Assembly (NCBI GenBank): GCA_050251055.1
Contig: JBFWNL010000001.1
Span: forward strand, 651,825 to 715,824
Length of the DNA stretch: 64,000 nt
DNA from: Bacteriovoracia bacterium
GTDB lineage: Bacteria; Bdellovibrionota; UBA1018; JBFWNL01
Direction: 5' to 3'
Of this stretch, positions 59,107 to 64,000 are shown piece after piece. A program made the translations under genes and the position numbers. Position 1 is the stretch's first letter; the number at the start of each line of letters is the position of its first letter. The notes beneath the pieces are model-generated. The model saw only the letters and a list, made by a program, of their open reading frames with translations, searched no databases and was not told where the DNA came from.

Positions 59107-59940
59107 TTAAGACGTCATCACCGTTTGCAAGCTACGCTTCAGCAAGCGAGCTGAATTCAAGAGCTTCGCCGAGGCCGAGGGCGAATACTTCAAGATCAAA
59201 GTCAAATGACAGCGCAGGTTATTCGAGGAACGGATACTGAAGAGATCCTTGAACTTCGACCAAGCAGGACGGGGTGGCTGCCCACCCAGGCCGGCGCGGT
59301 CTTTGTGATAGACAGCGGCCTGCCGGGACATCAGCAACCGGTAACCCGCGCGTTTAGCCCGAATAAAAAACTCCATATCCGCCGCGTAATGCGGGAGCGT
59401 CGTCTGATCGAATAACCCCAGGCGCCGAAAAAGCTCGATCGGAATCAGCGTGCCCCGACACGCGAGCGTGTCGACCTCGATCCAAGGCGGCGACTCCGCG
59501 TACGGGACCTTATTAAAAAGATACTTCTGCCAGTCGATGCGATAGCCGCTGTCTTCGACGTGGTTGCGCTCAAAAAAGTTCCGCGCCACCGAGCCCACGA
59601 CCGCGCGATCCTGGGATACCGAAACGTCCATGAGCGTCTGCAGGAAGTCGGGACCGAACTCCGTGTCATCGTTCAAAGTCATTACGTAATCACCGTCCTG
59701 CGCGCGCTCCAGGATGTGGCGCAGGCCGGCGTTCATGGATTTCGTCCACCACCAATCGCCGGGTCCGCGTAGGACTTGCACGTCCGGAAACTCGGCGCGA
59801 ATCGCGTCCCCCGATCCATCGGTGGAACCATCATCGAAGATCACCACCCGAAACGCCGGGCCTTTGAGCGCGGAAATGCAGCGCAAGCACTCCAACGTCA
59901 GCGCTTTGCGGTTATAGATGGCGAATAGGATGTAAACCAT
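59107..59940 (-). CDS. Glycosyltransferase family 2
   Basis: YNRK, DDGSTDGS, WWTKSMNAG, LNDD and HYAAD. Confidence 0.9.
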   Translation of the reverse strand: MVYILFAIYNRKALTLECLRCISALKGPAFRVVIFDDGSTDGSGDAIRAEFPDVQVLRGPGDWWWTKSMNAGLRHILERAQDGDYVMTLNDDTEFGPDFLQTLMDVSVSQDRAVVGSVARNFFERNHVEDSGYRIDWQKYLFNKVPYAESPPWIEVDTLACRGTLIPIELFRRLGLFDQTTLPHYAADMEFFIRAKRAGYRLLMSRQAAVYHKDRAGLGGQPPRPAWSKFKDLFSIRSSNNLRCHLTLILKYSPSASAKLLNSARLLKRSLQTVMTS

Positions 59941-59961
59941 CGTGTTACTCTTAGGTCGCCC

Positions 59962-60828
59962 CTAGGTCTCGCTAATACGCAGGAGGTATTGACCATATTC
60001 GGTCTTCGCCATGCCTTCGCCGAGCGCCTTGAGCGCGCCGCGATCAATGAAGCCCATGCGGTAGGCGACTTCCTCGGGACAGCCGATTTTCAACCCTTGG
60101 CGGGTTTCGACCGTATGGATGAACATGCCGGCCTGCAGGAGGGACTCGTAAGTTCCGGTATCCAGCCACGCCAATCCGCGGCCCAGGAGCTCCACCTTTA
60201 AATCCCCCCGCTCCATGTACAAGCGGTTGAGGTCGGTGATCTCGAGCTCGCCGCGCCCCGAAGGCCGCACGCGCTTGGCCATCTCGACCACGTCGCGATC
60301 GTAGAAATAGATTCCCGGCACGGCGTAGTTGGACTTCGGCTTCGCCGGTTTTTCTTCGAGCGAAAGCACCTTGCCGTCTTTGGCGAATTCCACGACGCCG
60401 TAGTTCTGCGGATCACGGGTCGGATAACCGAAGATGGTCGCACCTTTTTTCAGGGTCGCGGACCGCGCCAGGAGATCACTGAACCCGTGGCCATAGAAAA
60501 GATTGTCGCCCAAGACCAAACAAGCCGAATCACCGGCGAGGAATTCCTCCCCGAGCAAGAACGCCTCCGCCAGCCCACGTGGCGCGCTCTGGGTCGCGTA
60601 CTCGATGCGAATGCCCCACTTCGAGCCGTCGCCCATCAGGCGCTGAAACGCCGGACCATCCTGCGGCGTCGTGATGACCAGGATTTCCTTCATGCCCGCG
60701 AGCATCAACGTCGTCAGCGGGTAGTACACCATCGGCTTGTCGTAAATCGGCAAGAGCTGTTTGCTCGTGCCCAAGGTGATGGGATGCAGGCGGGTGCCGC
60801 TGCCTCCGGCCAAGATGATTCCCTTCAT
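59962..60828 (-). CDS. rfbA: Glucose-1-phosphate thymidylyltransferase
   Basis: MKGIILAGGSGTRL, SKQLLPIYDKP, LEEKP and WLDTGT. Confidence 0.97.
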   Translation of the reverse strand: MKGIILAGGSGTRLHPITLGTSKQLLPIYDKPMVYYPLTTLMLAGMKEILVITTPQDGPAFQRLMGDGSKWGIRIEYATQSAPRGLAEAFLLGEEFLAGDSACLVLGDNLFYGHGFSDLLARSATLKKGATIFGYPTRDPQNYGVVEFAKDGKVLSLEEKPAKPKSNYAVPGIYFYDRDVVEMAKRVRPSGRGELEITDLNRLYMERGDLKVELLGRGLAWLDTGTYESLLQAGMFIHTVETRQGLKIGCPEEVAYRMGFIDRGALKALGEGMAKTEYGQYLLRISET

Positions 60829-61817
60829 GCCATTCGCTCCAAGTACCACTTCACGGTGGCGCGCAGTTGTCCTTCGAATTCACCTGCCGGACGCCAACCC
60901 AGCTCCTCGCGCACGCGCGTGGAATCGATCGCATAGCGGAAGTCGTGCCCCAGGCGATCGGTCACGAACTGGATCAGGTTCGCGTAGTCGCCTTGCGGGC
61001 CCTTTCCCACCAGCTCGTTCAACGACTGGCAGATGGTCTCCACCATCTTGATGTTTTCAAGCTCGTGTTCGGCGCCGATGTTGTAAACGCCGCCCGCCTG
61101 ACCGCGCTTGAACACACGCGTGATCGCGTCGCAGTGATCGGTGACGTAGAGCCAATCGCGCTTGTTCTTACCGTTTCCGTAGACCGGGATCGGCTGACCT
61201 TTCAAGGCGGTGCGGATCACGGTCGGGATGAGCTTTTCGGCGTGCTGGTGCGGGCCGAAGTTGTTCGAGCAATGCGTGATCATCACGCGCATGCCGTAAG
61301 TGACGTGATAGGCGCGCGCGAAGTGATCGGACGCGGCCTTCGACGCCGAGTAAGGCGAGTTCGGCGCGTACGGGGTTTTCTCCGTGAAGACCCCGGTCGG
61401 GCCCAGGCTGCCGTACACTTCGTCCGTGGAAACATGCACGAACGGTGGAGCCTTGAGGTCGCCGGTCAGCCAAAGCTGGCGGCACTCTTCCAAGAGGTTG
61501 AACGTCCCCACGACGTTCGAGTTAACGAACGCCTGCGGGTCCTTGATCGAATTATCGACGTGGGACTCGGCCGCGAGATGGATCACGCCTTCGGGGCGGA
61601 ACGCCTGTACGGCTTCCTTCACCCGTGCCCGGTCCACCAGATCCACTTGCTGGAATTGGTAGGCGGGACTCCCCGCGACGCCTTTCAGGTAATCCAGATT
61701 GGAGGCATAACCCAGTTTATCGAGGTTCAGGATTTGGTCGCCCGGCGATTCCTTGATCCACTGCAAAATCAGGTGGGAACCAATGAATCCGGCGCCTCCA
61801 GTAACGAGAATTCGCAT
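60825..61817 (-). CDS. rfbB: dTDP-glucose 4,6-dehydratase
   Basis: VTGGAGFIGS, HLAAESHVD, VSTDEVYG, SPYSASK and GHDFRYAID. Confidence 0.97.
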   Translation of the reverse strand: MRILVTGGAGFIGSHLILQWIKESPGDQILNLDKLGYASNLDYLKGVAGSPAYQFQQVDLVDRARVKEAVQAFRPEGVIHLAAESHVDNSIKDPQAFVNSNVVGTFNLLEECRQLWLTGDLKAPPFVHVSTDEVYGSLGPTGVFTEKTPYAPNSPYSASKAASDHFARAYHVTYGMRVMITHCSNNFGPHQHAEKLIPTVIRTALKGQPIPVYGNGKNKRDWLYVTDHCDAITRVFKRGQAGGVYNIGAEHELENIKMVETICQSLNELVGKGPQGDYANLIQFVTDRLGHDFRYAIDSTRVREELGWRPAGEFEGQLRATVKWYLERMA

Positions 61818-61899
61818 GAAAAGTTAAATAACCGCCGGCACTTCCGGTGGCAAAGAAAAACCGCCTCGTAGGATCAGACACCCAATATCACGCGATGCG

Positions 61900-63384
61900 T
61901 CACAGCCCGAATTCGTATACCGACACCTTCGGGGTGGAAAATACTTCTTTAAAGCCATGCTGGCCGGGGTCCGGCAGTTTCATTCCCGTCATTAAGACAC
62001 AGGGACTCTTTTTCTTTAACTCCTCGGCCGTATAGCCATGGTCGTTAAATTGAACGAAGACTCGCCCCTCCCCGTTGTAAAACAACGCCTCCGGATACAG
62101 CCGATTCAAGTGCCACGAAAAGCGGTTAGCCAGGATATCGCCCAACCGAAACGCGGCGGGCACCCCAGACCCCAGATAAGTCGTGCCTTGCCGGCACTCC
62201 GGGCGGTTTTGGAGATACTGCGTCAACTGCTCCTCCGCGCGTACGTACTCCCGCTTTTCCGAAACGCCACGATAGTGCCCGACCGCGCCCACCAACAAAG
62301 TGCCGGCGACAAGCCAAGGCAACGGACGCCGGCTCTGAGCCGCCTGAGTTAAGTGCCGAGCGCAGAGCCACGCCAAGATCACGAACGAAGGCAGTAGATA
62401 GTGAGGCGCGGGATGCTTCAATACGACCAGAAACTGGAGAGTGCAGGCGATTACCGCTCCCACGAAGAACCGATCCCGCCGTCCATGAGCAATAATGAAG
62501 AACCAGGCACCGCCCAAGAGGCAGTAGAATTCCGGAATTTTACCGGCCAAGGAAATGAAATGACTACCCAGGGCCTTGAAATCAACGAAGCCCGCGTCGC
62601 CGCTACCGTACCTACCGGTGTGCGTCAGCAAGGATGAGAGCCAGAGCTGGAGCCGATCCAACTGCGACGAAATGGGCAAGAGCCAGCAAACCATGAAAAC
62701 AACCAGAAACAACCAGAACCACAACGTCCGGCGTTGACGTCCGGAAAAGGTCGGCCAGACGAGCAGTGGCAGGAAAACGACCTTGCTGGATATCGCGGTC
62801 GCGCCCGCGAGCGCCGCGCGCCACCCCGGCTTGAATGGCAAACCGGGCGCAGGCTCCATGAAATACGCGAAGAGCAGGGTCGCCAACACCAAAGTCTGCT
62901 CCGCGGTGAACTGATGGAGCAAATCCATCAGCGTCGGCGAAGATAACAGGCACAGCGCGAAGAAAAACGAAAAGGAATCCTGCGTCCGCCCGGAAGTCCG
63001 GCGATGGATCCAAAGCAATAAAAACGCGAAGGCAATCCGAAAGACCCAAGAGACCGTGGATAAATAAGCCTCCGGCGACTTCAGCACCGCCGAGGTGATG
63101 TCCTCGCGTTCGCTACCCACTGCCCGGGCGATTCCGTAGTGCACCCCCATCGCGACCGCCCCCACGATCTGGGCCGGCGTACCGGGATGATCGACGTAAC
63201 GGGCTTGATCCCGATTCAAAATCGTCAAGGAGCTGAGCAGATAGCCGTAATCGGGATCGGAATTCGCGCCGAGATAGACGGGGCCGCTCACCACGCGATA
63301 GCCGGAAACCACCACCATGATGGCCAGCCAGGCGCCGAAGAAGCGGGCGTTGGATGGGCTCAGGCCAAAACGCGAAAGCAACAA
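61900..63384 (-). CDS. Multi-TM membrane protein, GT-C-like
   Basis: DPDYGYLL...DHPG in the first external loop; ISSK and PHYLLP. Confidence 0.65.
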   Translation of the reverse strand: MLLSRFGLSPSNARFFGAWLAIMVVVSGYRVVSGPVYLGANSDPDYGYLLSSLTILNRDQARYVDHPGTPAQIVGAVAMGVHYGIARAVGSEREDITSAVLKSPEAYLSTVSWVFRIAFAFLLLWIHRRTSGRTQDSFSFFFALCLLSSPTLMDLLHQFTAEQTLVLATLLFAYFMEPAPGLPFKPGWRAALAGATAISSKVVFLPLLVWPTFSGRQRRTLWFWLFLVVFMVCWLLPISSQLDRLQLWLSSLLTHTGRYGSGDAGFVDFKALGSHFISLAGKIPEFYCLLGGAWFFIIAHGRRDRFFVGAVIACTLQFLVVLKHPAPHYLLPSFVILAWLCARHLTQAAQSRRPLPWLVAGTLLVGAVGHYRGVSEKREYVRAEEQLTQYLQNRPECRQGTTYLGSGVPAAFRLGDILANRFSWHLNRLYPEALFYNGEGRVFVQFNDHGYTAEELKKKSPCVLMTGMKLPDPGQHGFKEVFSTPKVSVYEFGL

Positions 63385-63387
63385 CGC

Positions 63388-64000
63388 TCAGCCCATCCGG
63401 AACTGATTCGCCACCTGGATCACGCGATCCTGGATCTCGGTCGTCATTTCCGGATAGATCGGCAACCCGAGCGCACGCTCGCAGATCCTCTCGACGTTCG
63501 GAAGCGCGCCCGGACGATGCCCCAGGAAGCGATTGGCTTCTTGCAGGTGCAAAGGCACCGGGTAGAAAACCGTGGTCTGAATCTGATGGGCTTCAAAATG
63601 CGCGCGCAAGGCCGCGCGATCGACCTTCGTCCGCGGGACGAAGAGATGGAAGCAGGATTTCGCACCCGGCGTGATGACCTGGTAGTCGAACAAGCGGGGA
63701 TCGAGCTCAGCTTGGTAGCGCTTCGCCATGCGAGCGCGGTTCTCATTCATCTCGTCGAGATGGCGCAGCTTCACGCGCAGGATCGCCGCCTGCATTTCGT
63801 CGAGGCGGCTATTGATGCCGGTAATATCGATGTGATCGCGATCCACCATGCCGTACATGCGCATGCGCTTGAGGCGCGCGGCCATTTCGGCATCGGGAGT
63901 GACGATCATTCCGCCGTCGCCGTAAGCCCCCAAATTCTTCGTGGGATAGAAGCTGAACACGCCGAACTCGCCGATGGAACCGGCCGGCTTGCCGCCCAGG
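63388..64000 (-). CDS. DegT/DnrJ/EryC1/StrS sugar aminotransferase (C-terminal part; start is outside the window)
   Basis: GSIGEFGVFSFYPTKNLGAYGDGG, NSRLDEMQAA and LPIYP. Confidence 0.93.
   Translation of the reverse strand, partial: LGGKPAGSIGEFGVFSFYPTKNLGAYGDGGMIVTPDAEMAARLKRMRMYGMVDRDHIDITGINSRLDEMQAAILRVKLRHLDEMNENRARMAKRYQAELDPRLFDYQVITPGAKSCFHLFVPRTKVDRAALRAHFEAHQIQTTVFYPVPLHLQEANRFLGHRPGALPNVERICERALGLPIYPEMTTEIQDRVIQVANQFRMG

Noticed and set aside
61828-61840. GGCGGTTA upstream of rfbB as an ops/JUMPStart element
   Set aside because: It mismatches GGCGGTAG and is better explained as promoter spacer.
36315-61871. Long antisense ORFs at 36315-37493, 40613-41776, 48112-49089 and 60867-61871
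   Set aside because: Each lies opposite well-supported genes (TadA/cupredoxin, GT4/flippase, gmd, rfbB).

Overview
GC-rich bacterial chromosomal segment. The gene families (Glt-type gliding cluster, stand-alone HAMP protein, secreted pentapeptide protein, sigma54 and FliA-type promoters) suggest Bdellovibrionota/Oligoflexia or a related deltaproteobacterial predator; this is inference only. From 1 to 39 kb it carries housekeeping genes (rpsT, pyrE, queF, NifU/NfuA, eno plus an ftsB-like gene, a cold-shock protein, sthA, an MltD-like transglycosylase, an AddA-like helicase-nuclease). The same region holds many secreted proteins of unknown function, including a 1429-aa coiled-coil protein. It also holds a glt-like operon without motor genes that runs into a GYF-GYF-PilZ gene, and an orphan cupredoxin-TadA/CpaF pair. 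From 39 to 64 kb there is a large surface-polysaccharide locus (GT2/GT4 enzymes, Wzx-, Wzy- and Wzz-like proteins, galE, gmd, rfbBA, a DegT aminotransferase, three GT-C-like membrane proteins). The best candidate for something undescribed is a ~195-nt multi-branched structured intergenic element (8067-8262, - strand). Its 5' end lies exactly where a sigma54 -24/-12 promoter predicts +1. That promoter shares an extended TGCWCTAGTG signature with two other promoters within about 4.5 kb, which precede a Cys-repeat secreted protein and a histidine phosphatase lacking its catalytic His. No CRISPR array, tRNA, rRNA or transposase was recognised. All calls are by eye; no searches or folding programs were run.
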